From: Enterobacteria phage Aplg8
DNA length: 64,000 nucleotides
Sequence record: NC_054902.1
Direction: 5' to 3' (one strand)
Each line of letters opens with the position of its first letter. The stretch's first letter is position 1. Under the pieces are notes generated by a model. The model worked only from the letters and a program-made list of their open reading frames with translations. It had not been told where the DNA came from and made no database searches. The translations under genes and the position numbers were made by a program. Below are positions 39,332-48,953 of the stretch, piece by piece.

Positions 39332-40174
39332 TTAATCAACTGCTATTGGATGAATAGCATTAAACTTATGAAATGCTTCTGATTTTTCTTTACGCGAAAC
39401 ACACATGCGAAGAACCTTTAATGGCTCGTCTTCTTCACCCAACGATTTTCGTTTTTCAATATTCGACGTTTTCCAACGAGCTTGCTCTGGAAACTCTCTA
39501 TTGATTTGCTCAAGCGCTCTATTATGTTTAGAATTACTACGAATTGAACTACACCCACCAGGAGCTTGCGCTTTACCTGATACAACCAGATATTTGAACA
39601 AGGCCAAATGCGGATAACCTTGATTAATTAAATTGAGAAATGCATACATATCTTCGCACAAATCAATTTTTCCATACCCAATTTGTTCTGTCGTAAGTTT
39701 TCCGAGGTCATACCATGTATTCGTGAATCCATATGAATTTTCACGATAATTACCCCAAGATGAAGTAATTTTAAAAATAGGTAGACGAGCATGGCCATGA
39801 TAATACCCGCAATCCATGGCATCCTCAACATATTGAATCAATTCATAGAACTGTTCACGAGTCAATTGATTGACTTTATCTACGCAACGACGATCATCTC
39901 TTTTTCGCATTGAACTCATACGAATAGTAGTATCATCGTCAATCATCCAGATTCGTTGGCCTGCATACATATCAGTAATTGCTTTACGAGTACCGGCAAT
40001 TCCGTTTACATCATCAGGAATAGTTATAATTTTAGCTCTAGACCCATAGGCATCATAATAAGCTTTTTCTTCATGTTCACGCACTACAATATGGGGTTCA
40101 TAATCAGTCGGAAACATATCAAGGGCAGAAACTGCCCCTACACGTTGATAACTTGGAATTACGAATTGAATCAT
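39332..40174 (-). CDS. Putative GT-A fold glycosyltransferase (DxD motif) at the beta-gt locus; candidate hmC-glucosyl modifying enzyme
   Basis: About 280 aa; N-terminal FVIPSYQR strand and IWMIDDDTT (DxD) motif; sits between uvsX and 42 where T4 has beta-gt; ATG overlaps the gene 42 TGA. Confidence 0.55.
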   Translation of the reverse strand: MIQFVIPSYQRVGAVSALDMFPTDYEPHIVVREHEEKAYYDAYGSRAKIITIPDDVNGIAGTRKAITDMYAGQRIWMIDDDTTIRMSSMRKRDDRRCVDKVNQLTREQFYELIQYVEDAMDCGYYHGHARLPIFKITSSWGNYRENSYGFTNTWYDLGKLTTEQIGYGKIDLCEDMYAFLNLINQGYPHLALFKYLVVSGKAQAPGGCSSIRSNSKHNRALEQINREFPEQARWKTSNIEKRKSLGEEDEPLKVLRMCVSRKEKSEAFHKFNAIHPIAVD

Positions 40175-40911
40175 TTCCACTCACCGTTATAATCTTTTTT
40201 CACAATATGAGTTTCGCCAGTATTCCACCAATGATCAACCAAGTAAAAATGACGAGAATATACATGAAGACTTCCAACATTCCATATAATAGAACCTGCT
40301 TTATACTGACGAGTTGAATCGCCGGCATTCAAATCAGATACTAATTTATCTAATACGTATTTTTGCCATGCATAATCATTACGGAATCCGAAGACCACGT
40401 CATTTGAGCGCATGCTTACTACTGCATTGACTTTCTTATCACGAATCAGGTACTGTACTGTATTAGTACACATGAAATCTGACATACCATCTTTATTGTA
40501 GTCAAATTGCATGGATGGACGAGTATAAATCATGATACCACGTCGAGAATCAGGATTTTGACCAAGTTCAGCTAAACACATATCATACTGGGCATAGTTA
40601 TCTTCTGACCAAATAGCCCAACCATAATTCGAGTTAATTTCGCCTTTAGAAGATGCTACCTGCTGCCAAATCTTTGGTGTTTCGCCTGGAATATCTTTGA
40701 CAAACAGACTTTGAGACTTGTACCATTCAAGTTCACGCTGAATGTATTCATCATTAAGAGCGCCAAAAATAAAGGGTTCATCTGCTACAAATGATGCGCC
40801 AATAATTTCAATAGTTTTAACACCGGTTTTATCAACTACGAAATCTTTTTCTTTTAATGCAAGCCCCAAATGAAGACGGATTTCTTCAACTGTCATAGAG
40901 TCACTAATCAT
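40171..40911 (-). CDS. 42: dCMP hydroxymethylase gp42
   Basis: 246 aa, same as T4 gp42; thymidylate-synthase-like fold motifs. Confidence 0.9.
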   Translation of the reverse strand: MISDSMTVEEIRLHLGLALKEKDFVVDKTGVKTIEIIGASFVADEPFIFGALNDEYIQRELEWYKSQSLFVKDIPGETPKIWQQVASSKGEINSNYGWAIWSEDNYAQYDMCLAELGQNPDSRRGIMIYTRPSMQFDYNKDGMSDFMCTNTVQYLIRDKKVNAVVSMRSNDVVFGFRNDYAWQKYVLDKLVSDLNAGDSTRQYKAGSIIWNVGSLHVYSRHFYLVDHWWNTGETHIVKKDYNGEWK

Positions 40912-41064
40912 TTAAACCTCAATTGATACATTCATATTTAAATTGTAACAGTAATAAACCCCACCCTATGATAAGAGTTGGAATCATAGCAGGAACTGTT
41001 ACGCTATAGTATATACTTATTATAACCATCAAGATTAAAAGCAACACTGTTATAATTTTGCTTT

Positions 41065-41316
41065 TCATTCTTTCTCTCTGATGATAATTACCTGATTTGG
41101 CTGTGCAGACTTTTTAGTTTCACCAGCAATTGACCAAATAAATGTAATAAACCAACCAATAATTGACCAGTTAAACAGTAAAGATGTGAAAAAGATTCCT
41201 ACTGTCGATTTTGACCCACGCATCAAGGCGATAAACCATGGAAGCATGTATATAATAATAGCCAACACACCTGAAACTAAAACCATAAAAATTGAACCTG
41301 CTACTAAAGTTTCCAT
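41065..41316 (-). CDS. imm: Immunity protein Imm (superinfection exclusion membrane protein)
   Basis: 83 aa with two TM segments, same size and position as T4 Imm. Confidence 0.7.
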   Translation of the reverse strand: METLVAGSIFMVLVSGVLAIIIYMLPWFIALMRGSKSTVGIFFTSLLFNWSIIGWFITFIWSIAGETKKSAQPNQVIIIREKE

Positions 41317-41323
41317 GTTTTCC

Positions 41324-41704
41324 TCACTTAGTCAAATTTTTTACACATGAATTATAAGAATTCACTACATACTCCATCGGAGCATTTTTACCAGTACGCC
41401 ATTGGTAATTATTAGCCCAATTAGCCCAAATTTCGGCGCAGTAGTTTTCAATTTTTTCTTCGCGTGTAATTACATCAGAATTACGATATGCTTGAGCAGA
41501 TTCATCTGGACGAATAGCTTCGTCAAAATTCGCCTGCATTTGTTCGACTGTTTGCTTTGGAGCTTCTTTATAACACTTGACATTAGGATTATAAAATTTG
41601 CTTGAACAGTTTACAATTTTTCCTACATCAGACTGATTTACTACCGGTCCTTGAGCTATACAACCAGTAAGACCTAATGCAATAACCAAAATAGCGATTT
41701 TCAT
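41324..41704 (-). CDS. Putative lipoprotein, 126 aa
   Basis: Signal peptide plus lipobox (LGLTGC). Confidence 0.45.
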   Translation of the reverse strand: MKIAILVIALGLTGCIAQGPVVNQSDVGKIVNCSSKFYNPNVKCYKEAPKQTVEQMQANFDEAIRPDESAQAYRNSDVITREEKIENYCAEIWANWANNYQWRTGKNAPMEYVVNSYNSCVKNLTK

Positions 41705-41714
41705 AATAATTTCC

Positions 41715-41963
41715 TCAAATGCAAGTAGTAATTACTCCAGTAGTGCTTATGCAGGTATTACCCATTTGCACACCTAAAGATCCATTTGTATTCACATGAA
41801 GATTATCATCAATTTTAACTGATATTTTACCATTAGTGTGAATAACGGTGCTAGATTCAATCACAGGTTGAGTATCATTTTCAACACTAACAAATGGAAC
41901 TGCTGCTAATGCAACTAAACAAACTGCTAAGCATCCCATAACAATTTTCATTTTATTCTCCAA
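41715..41963 (-). CDS. Secreted/membrane small protein, 82 aa
   Basis: N-terminal signal-like hydrophobic segment. Confidence 0.4.
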   Translation of the reverse strand: MENKMKIVMGCLAVCLVALAAVPFVSVENDTQPVIESSTVIHTNGKISVKIDDNLHVNTNGSLGVQMGNTCISTTGVITTCI

Positions 41964-41974
41964 ATCCGTATTAG

Positions 41975-42020
41975 TTGATAGTTGTATAGTACCATGGAAG
42001 AACAGTCTTGTAAACAGTTT
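41975..42020 (-). promoter_or_regulatory. T4 early promoter
   Basis: - strand GTTTAC, 17 bp, GGTACTATAC. Confidence 0.55.
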
Positions 42021-42102
42021 TGTGAAAATTTTTTAGGGAATTCTAAAGGTCCAGAATCATCTGTTTTTCATAAGTATAGATTTATATTACTTGTATGAAA
42101 AA

Positions 42103-42118
42103 GGGACCCGGAGGTCCC
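42103..42118 (-). terminator. Rho-independent terminator downstream of gene 43
   Basis: gggacc-cgga-ggtccc followed on the - strand by a U-run. Confidence 0.55.
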
Positions 42119-42131
42119 CAGATTTATTCTA

Positions 42132-44828
42132 TCAGCCAAACAGGAAGTCTAACGAAGCTTTTTCTTCATAGTCCATACCAGCCGATTCACACATACCCGC
42201 AAGCGGTTTAACAAACGATTTTTGGAACAAAGTTGAGTAGTCAATCCAAGACAGTACGTCAGAACGAATTTCTTTTGGAAGTTCTGTGCCCGACGGCCAA
42301 GCAATACACTTGTCACCAAATGGATTTCCTTCACGTAATGGAAGAACCATTACTTTATTTCCATCCAAAATTGGAGCTACACCCAGACCATTAACAGCTC
42401 GACGATAAGTTAGCACACCACGAATATGGAACGGGCATTTAAATCCTGGCCAACCTTTATCATCATATTTCGCTATATCGTTCGCAGTTTTTACTTCAGC
42501 AATAACTTTATAGTCAAGTTGACGATATTCTTTCTCGAAGTTCTTGTAATATTCTTGGACAGACTCTTCACCTTCCTGAAGAATACGACGAATACTTTCT
42601 TCGAGAGCTTCTTGCACTGCTTTTGGTGTTGAACTCTGCTGAGTTTCCATACCCATGATTTTTAGATGCGGTTCAGCAAATCGCTTATCTTCCATATCAT
42701 AAACGTTCAGAGCATAACGCTTTTTCGCTTTCCAAAATCCGCCAACGCCTTTTGAACCAAGTGGAGGGCAAGAAATAGCTTCACGGTCCATATGCATCAG
42801 ATGCTCGCGGTTATTCATATAATCACATAACTCACGATATGCAACATCAATCATAGGTTCCATCTTTTTCTTACCGAACTGATTCATGAATTCAACTAAA
42901 TCGTTCTGCTCTTTGAATCGGTCAAGACCAACTTTTTCAATAACTTTATCTACACAAACATATACCGAATCAGTATCACCTGCTGCGATGAAATCTTCGC
43001 CATTAGTTCCACATACTTTATTCAGATACTCATTAATTTTACGAGCAATCCACTGAATACCGACTTGACCAAAAATTGTAATAGCAGTAGCATTTCGCAA
43101 ATCATAGTAGCGGAAATGAATATTACCAAGAGCACCGTAAAGGCTGTTAATAAGAATTTTACGGTTCAGCTGATTTGTATTAGCAAGTGTAGCCGCTTTT
43201 TCACATTCTTCAATCAAACTATTGAGAACAGATTCAGTATAATTCGATAGTTCATTTAAGAAATCATCACTGAACTTAACATATCGTTCAACTTCAGGTT
43301 TAGTTGAACAAGACCCTGCGCCTTTCATAATAATCTTTTTAATAGCTTCGGCATTCATTTCTTCAGCGAACATTTTCTTTTTCCAATCTTTACGCTGGAA
43401 AAATACTTTAGCGATTTCCTTTGGAATGATACCTTCTTGATGCTTATCATACATCCATCCATTCGGAGAACAAGAATATTCATCACTCGGTTTAGGAGCT
43501 GTTCCTGCGATATATTCATGAATTGGATGAACTTTAAACTGCCCACGAATAGTCTCAGGACTAATGTTAACCTGACGAATAATGCTCGGATACAGAGACG
43601 TCAAGTCAAAACTCATAATATATCGACGAGCAATTGGTTTAGGTTCAAACACAAATGCACCCGGAAAACTCTGTTTAACATGCGAACCTTGTTGAGGAAT
43701 AACCTTATGTTCACCTTTCAATGAGTTAAAAATAATAGCATCCCAGGTTTTAATAGGACTCATTACACCGGAAAAAGGCATTTTAGCGTAATAAGACATA
43801 CTTAAAACTAGATCGATAAACCCGCGAATTTTATCAATTGCTTGAACTGATTCTACGTCAATGATGTTATAACTAATGTATCGTTGATGATTAGTCTCAC
43901 GAAGTTTATTAATAGGACCGTCGTATGGTAATTTACCTTTTTTGGTTTCATGTTGAGCAACTGATTCCAAAGAGAATGACGGCAAATTAGTAAAAGCGAA
44001 TTTCTTGTACAAATCTAAATAATCAAGAATAGATACGCCATCAATAGAATAAATTTCTTTGCTACCGTACATATTTTGAATTAATTTAGATTTTACTCGA
44101 CCGATTGGAGAGAAGCGTTTCATACTACGTTCACCGAGAACCATTTTAACGCGATTCATGATATACGGAACGTCAAATCCCTCAATATTCCAACCGGTAA
44201 AAATAGCAGGTCGTTTCTGTTCCCAAAGATTAATATATTCCATGAGCATATCACGCTCATTATCGAATGGCATATAAATTACTCGGTCAAGAATTTCTTG
44301 AGGAACTTCATCACCACCTTCACAGTCAAGCTTAGCAGCTAACTTTGCATCCCATTTTGATACTGAACCATACATTGAATTCAAAAGGTCGAAAACATAA
44401 AAACGATCATCAATTGAATCGTAATGAGTGATAGCATCAATTTCATATTCAGCTTTCATTGGGTCAGGAAATTTATCACCAGTAACCTCAATGTCACAGT
44501 TAGCTACACGAACAAATTTTCGGTCATAAACAATTTCTGAACCGTATGTATCACTGATATAAGCGAGTTTAAAATCGTTCATACCGAGAGCTTCGAGACC
44601 GATGTCTTCCATTCGTTTCATCCAATCTCGAGCATCTTTCATTGATGAAAATTTTTGAGGAGCGCAATTTTTACCATAGATGTCTTTGTACTTTGACTCT
44701 TCCTTACAATGCCTAAACATAGTCGGAAGATATTCTACTTCACGAGTACGTTCCTTTCCGTTTTCATCAATATAACGTTCAACAATGTTATTTCCGACTG
44801 TTTCGATAGAGATATAAAATTCTTTCAT
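42132..44828 (-). CDS. 43: DNA polymerase gp43 (family B)
   Basis: 898 aa, same as T4 gp43; exonuclease motifs and polymerase motif C (AAGDTDSVYV). Confidence 0.95.
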   Translation of the reverse strand: MKEFYISIETVGNNIVERYIDENGKERTREVEYLPTMFRHCKEESKYKDIYGKNCAPQKFSSMKDARDWMKRMEDIGLEALGMNDFKLAYISDTYGSEIVYDRKFVRVANCDIEVTGDKFPDPMKAEYEIDAITHYDSIDDRFYVFDLLNSMYGSVSKWDAKLAAKLDCEGGDEVPQEILDRVIYMPFDNERDMLMEYINLWEQKRPAIFTGWNIEGFDVPYIMNRVKMVLGERSMKRFSPIGRVKSKLIQNMYGSKEIYSIDGVSILDYLDLYKKFAFTNLPSFSLESVAQHETKKGKLPYDGPINKLRETNHQRYISYNIIDVESVQAIDKIRGFIDLVLSMSYYAKMPFSGVMSPIKTWDAIIFNSLKGEHKVIPQQGSHVKQSFPGAFVFEPKPIARRYIMSFDLTSLYPSIIRQVNISPETIRGQFKVHPIHEYIAGTAPKPSDEYSCSPNGWMYDKHQEGIIPKEIAKVFFQRKDWKKKMFAEEMNAEAIKKIIMKGAGSCSTKPEVERYVKFSDDFLNELSNYTESVLNSLIEECEKAATLANTNQLNRKILINSLYGALGNIHFRYYDLRNATAITIFGQVGIQWIARKINEYLNKVCGTNGEDFIAAGDTDSVYVCVDKVIEKVGLDRFKEQNDLVEFMNQFGKKKMEPMIDVAYRELCDYMNNREHLMHMDREAISCPPLGSKGVGGFWKAKKRYALNVYDMEDKRFAEPHLKIMGMETQQSSTPKAVQEALEESIRRILQEGEESVQEYYKNFEKEYRQLDYKVIAEVKTANDIAKYDDKGWPGFKCPFHIRGVLTYRRAVNGLGVAPILDGNKVMVLPLREGNPFGDKCIAWPSGTELPKEIRSDVLSWIDYSTLFQKSFVKPLAGMCESAGMDYEEKASLDFLFG

Positions 44829-44886
44829 AGATATTCCTTAGTTTATAGCCCGAGTTATTAGGCTCTTGATATATTATACTCCAAAT

Positions 44887-44904
44887 AAGGGGCCGAAGCC
44901 CCTT
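44887..44904 (-). terminator. GC-rich tetraloop hairpin after regA
   Basis: aaggggccgaagcccctt. Confidence 0.4.
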
Positions 44905-44906
44905 GC

Positions 44907-45275
44907 TTAATTACCAATCGTATATTTAGGAACGAGTTTCCATTCATGTTTTTGTTTAAAAGAAATAACTCGGAAGTTATTAGTTAAATCTTTCATAAAA
45001 GTTCTTTGACCAGGAACGATTTCAATCAGTCCCCAATCTTCTAACAACCATGCAATCGAATCACGACGAACTTCATCTTCTTCTGTCATTTCAACTTGAC
45101 GGCCATCCATACGAAGCATTTCTTTAAAATGAACGATATAGTATAGTCCTTTTTTCTGAAGAATATGACAGGACTGATACAGAACTTTATCTTTATTATT
45201 AGCAATTCCCATACGAGTCAAAGTTTCTTTTACTTTCAGAAAATCTTCAGGTTTTTTAAGAGTAATTTCAATCAT
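44907..45275 (-). CDS. regA: RegA translational repressor
   Basis: 122 aa, same as T4 RegA. Confidence 0.85.
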   Translation of the reverse strand: MIEITLKKPEDFLKVKETLTRMGIANNKDKVLYQSCHILQKKGLYYIVHFKEMLRMDGRQVEMTEEDEVRRDSIAWLLEDWGLIEIVPGQRTFMKDLTNNFRVISFKQKHEWKLVPKYTIGN

Positions 45276-45276
45276 T

Positions 45277-45840
45277 TTACCATTCCAATGCTAGTTTTTT
45301 GAGTTGTTTCTGTTCTTTTACGTTCTTAGTCACTTCTTTCAAAAAATCATCCGTGACTAAACCTTTTAGTTCTTTTAATACTAAAGGAAGTTTTCCATTT
45401 TTAGTAAGAATTGATTTATAGTTAATTGCATCATTTGTATTAACTTGATACCGCTTAGCAAGTAACTTAATAATCAATACTTCGGTGGAATCTTCAACTA
45501 GTTTTGCCCATTTACCATATCTTTTACCACGAGGAACTGCAGCCATTAGATAATTAAAATGGGCTTCATCACTTAAGCCTGATCCAATTAAATTCATAGC
45601 ATATACGGCTGGCATGCACTCTGGAAATTGTGATAATGCATTTTCAACCATGAATTTTGAATAATCTTTTTGAGCAATAGAGCATTTAGTTTTATTATTA
45701 ATAGCTCCAATTATTTCAAAAAATTCATTTTCAGCTTTTTCTTTAAAAGAATCAGCAGCGGATTGGACAGCTGTCCAATCTTTAGAATACCAAGCAACTT
45801 GATGCTCGTTTAATTGAATATCATCTTCAAATAAGCTCAT
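45277..45840 (-). CDS. 62: Clamp-loader subunit gp62
   Basis: 187 aa from MSLFEDD...; position between 44 and regA. Confidence 0.8.
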   Translation of the reverse strand: MSLFEDDIQLNEHQVAWYSKDWTAVQSAADSFKEKAENEFFEIIGAINNKTKCSIAQKDYSKFMVENALSQFPECMPAVYAMNLIGSGLSDEAHFNYLMAAVPRGKRYGKWAKLVEDSTEVLIIKLLAKRYQVNTNDAINYKSILTKNGKLPLVLKELKGLVTDDFLKEVTKNVKEQKQLKKLALEW

Positions 45841-45841
45841 A

Positions 45842-46801
45842 TCACTTCCACTGCATTTCACATGCTAACTGAATGAAAAGATAAGCTAAATGCAATTCAG
45901 TATTAGCTGCAATACCATGATACTGATTATTTTCGCCGACAATTTCGTACATACGAATAATACTCTGTGGAGTTACACGTGAATAGATTTCTTCGGCAAG
46001 TTTACCCACGAACCACGAATAATCGGCTGCATATTTTGGTGCTAAAGCTCTGAGTTGTTTAACATCTTTATTTTTGAGAGACTCAAGAACATCATCAATA
46101 GCACCACGATCGTTAGTAACCAGTGATAAAATACCAGCATCCAAAACACCTTTAGATGAATAACTATCGAGCTCGCCAATAGTTTTACGAAAATCAGGAA
46201 AATTCTTTTTAACCAAAGCTGCTACAACTTTCATATCAGCTATAGCAATACCTTCATGTTTACAGATTTCAGTCAATCGACGAATCATCTGCTTCATCAT
46301 TTCAATTTTATCTTCATCGGTCGGTTGACCGAACGTAATAACTCGGCAGCGTGACTGAAGTGGTTTAATAATACCATCAATATTGTTAGCAGTAATAATA
46401 ATACTACAGTTCGAACTATAAGCTTCCATAAAGGAACGAAGATGTCGCTGAGACTCTGCTAATCCTGAGCGGTCAAATTCATCAATAACGATTACTTTTT
46501 GACGCCCATCAAATGAAGCGGCGCTAGCAAAATTAGTCAAAGGACCACGAACGAAATCAATTTTACAGTCTGATCCATTTACAAACATCATATCAGCATT
46601 TACATCATGACACAATGCTTTCGCTACAGTTGTTTTACCTGTTCCTGGAGAAGGAGAATGAAGAATAATATGTGGAATCTTACCTTTACTTGTAATAGAT
46701 TTAAAGGTTTCTTTATCAAAGGCGGGAAGAATACATTCATCGATAGTAGATGGACGATATTTCTGTTCAAGAATGTGTTCTTTTTCATTTACGGTAATCA
46801 T
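45842..46801 (-). CDS. 44: Clamp-loader subunit gp44 (AAA+)
   Basis: 319 aa from [17 protein letters not shown]...; Walker [11 protein letters not shown]. Confidence 0.9.
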
Positions 46802-46835
46802 AATTTCCTCATTCAAGTTTTAGTGTAAATTATAA

Positions 46836-46849
46836 AGGGCCGAAGCCCT
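46836..46849 (-). terminator. GC-rich tetraloop hairpin between 45 and 44
   Basis: agggccgaagccct; may act as an RNA-stability or attenuating element rather than a full terminator. Confidence 0.35.
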
Positions 46850-46852
46850 CTA

Positions 46853-47539
46853 TTAAAAATCGTGGGTAGAATCAGCTTCAAGAGCTACTACATAATTCGC
46901 GTGTTCACCTTCAAATTTAGCAGCACCTTGTTTACCTTTTGCCCAGAGCAGAAGTTTATAATTTCCTGGTTGCATTTTCATATTTGCCATATTGATAATG
47001 AAATTAAATGTATTTTCACCATCATAATCACCAAGAGTCAAAGAATATTTAACACGGGTAAGAGCAGAATCTTCTACTTTATTAAAACCGTTAATTACGA
47101 TTTTACCTTCTTTTACCGTGATAGCAATTGTATCAATCTGCAGACCACGAGATACACGCAACAGCTGTTGAAGGTCTTCAGCTTTAATTTCAGTAACAAC
47201 AGATGCTACCGGGAATGGAATTGGTTTATTAGGAGCAACTACTGTACTCGGATCGGCTGCTGGCCAAAAAATTGTTGAACGGGCATCAGCAATTTTAATA
47301 TTACCATCTTCTGACTGGGAAATTTCTGCATCGTCATTAACTAGAGACAGAATACCGAGAAAACCGTTCAAATCGTAAATCGCTACATCAAAATCAATAG
47401 TGTCAGAAATATTTGCTTCCGCATAAGTTGTACCATTAACTGCGCGAGTCATAATAAATTGACCGGATTTAAGCATAATACCAGAGTTAATAGTAGCGAA
47501 ATTTTTAAGCAGAGCAGTAGTATCTTTAGACAGTTTCAT
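46853..47539 (-). CDS. 45: Sliding clamp gp45
   Basis: 228 aa, same as T4 gp45. Confidence 0.9.
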   Translation of the reverse strand: MKLSKDTTALLKNFATINSGIMLKSGQFIMTRAVNGTTYAEANISDTIDFDVAIYDLNGFLGILSLVNDDAEISQSEDGNIKIADARSTIFWPAADPSTVVAPNKPIPFPVASVVTEIKAEDLQQLLRVSRGLQIDTIAITVKEGKIVINGFNKVEDSALTRVKYSLTLGDYDGENTFNFIINMANMKMQPGNYKLLLWAKGKQGAAKFEGEHANYVVALEADSTHDF

Positions 47540-47594
47540 GTAATTTCCTTCAATTCAAATGAGATTTAATTTTATAACTAATTTAATAAAGCAA

Positions 47595-47984
47595 TTAACG
47601 ATTAAAATCAGCCGCAATTGTTTCCGCAACAATTTGAGCAGCAACAATTAGACGTTCATCTGCATTACCACAATAATCATCTTCAAGGCGTTCACCACAT
47701 GAAGTCATAATAAATTTAGCACCGGCGTTTAGAGATTCTGTAGTATGTTTGCGCATTAGTTCAATCCATTTATTACTTACTTCACGATCGATAGCTTCAT
47801 AATACGCATGACGAGCAGGTGCAGATTTAATTTTGTTCTGAATAACTTCCATTGCGTTATCAGAAAGAGACAAAACCCATGCTCGACGGATTTTATTTTG
47901 GTTTTGTGGATTTGATTCAGAACGCACGTGTTTTGGCTGAATATCTTTTACATCAACAGTATAATTCACAGTAATTTTAGTCAT
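47595..47984 (-). CDS. rpbA: RpbA RNA-polymerase-binding protein
   Basis: 129 aa, same as T4 RpbA; position upstream of 45. Confidence 0.7.
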
Positions 47985-47993
47985 AATACACCT

Positions 47994-48185
47994 TTAGTCA
48001 TAATAATCAGTAACAGTCCAAGCTTCATTTCTATTGGACATTATTTTTGTATATTCTGCTTTAAATGCATTCCTAAGCATATATTCAGTAACTATATGCT
48101 CTTCATTAGAAAAATTATTTCTCAGAATATATCGTTTTATTTCAGGAAAAGTTAATAGATGCTGTCCAGTTGAATATTCTGCCAC
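47994..48185 (-). CDS. Hypothetical protein, 63 aa
   Basis: ORF between 46 and rpbA. Confidence 0.4.
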   Translation of the reverse strand: MAEYSTGQHLLTFPEIKRYILRNNFSNEEHIVTEYMLRNAFKAEYTKIMSNRNEAWTVTDYYD

Positions 48186-48195
48186 AGTTCCTCCG

Positions 48196-48203
48196 TATAA
48201 ATA
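48196..48203 (+). promoter_or_regulatory. T4-type late promoter (TATAAATA) upstream of the + strand HNH ORF
   Basis: Exact TATAAATA about 34 nt upstream of the ATG at 48237. Confidence 0.5.
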
Positions 48204-48236
48204 TGTTTATCACTCGCTGTATCAAAAGGATATGTT

Positions 48237-48953
48237 ATGAATTATAAACTAATTTATGAAAAGTTAATCTCTAATGCTAAATCTCGAAAACTTGATTGCT
48301 ATACTGAATCTCATCACATTATACCACGCTGTTTAAATGGCAGCGATGATGCCTCAAACTTAGTAGATTTAACACCAGAAGAGCACTATGTAGCTCATCA
48401 ACTTTTAGTAAAAATTTATCCTTCTGAACCAAAATTAGTCTATGCTGCTAACATGATGACAGTTTCCACGAAATACGCTAAACGTAACAATAAAACTTTC
48501 GGTTGGATTCGTCGTAAACTCTGGGAAATAGAAAAGAATAAAGAATTCTCCCAGGAGACACGAAAGAAAATGTCTGATGCAGTAGCTAATAAAGCAAGAC
48601 TAACTTGTCCACATTGCGGTAAGTCCGGATTAAGCGGGAATATGAATCGATGGCATTTTGATAACTGCCCGAATCACCCTAATCCTAAAGTTAGACCACC
48701 GATGTCTAAAGAACACAGAAATAATATCTCAAACGGGCTTAAAGCAATCATTCTTGAAGAAACATCCTGCGAATTCTGCGGAATGATAGGCAAGAAATGC
48801 GTTATCGCAGCGCATAGAAATTTCTGCAAGAAAAATCCAAATGGACGCAAGAAAACTGAAAAGACTGGTACTTGCGTCCATTGTGGTAAAGTTACCACTT
48901 TCGGAAATTTATCAAGATGGCATAATGATAACTGTAAATATAAACCTAGCTAA
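48237..48953 (+). CDS. HNH-family (homing) endonuclease-like protein with three C-terminal zinc-finger-like repeats
   Basis: 238 aa; HNH core ESHHIIPRCLNGSDDASNLVDLTPEEHYVAH; three repeats of C-x2-C-G...RWH.DNC...NP (from CPHCGK, CEFCGM, CVHCGK); opposite strand to its neighbours; its stop overlaps the gene 46 stop. Confidence 0.6.
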   Translation: MNYKLIYEKLISNAKSRKLDCYTESHHIIPRCLNGSDDASNLVDLTPEEHYVAHQLLVKIYPSEPKLVYAANMMTVSTKYAKRNNKTFGWIRRKLWEIEKNKEFSQETRKKMSDAVANKARLTCPHCGKSGLSGNMNRWHFDNCPNHPNPKVRPPMSKEHRNNISNGLKAIILEETSCEFCGMIGKKCVIAAHRNFCKKNPNGRKKTEKTGTCVHCGKVTTFGNLSRWHNDNCKYKPS

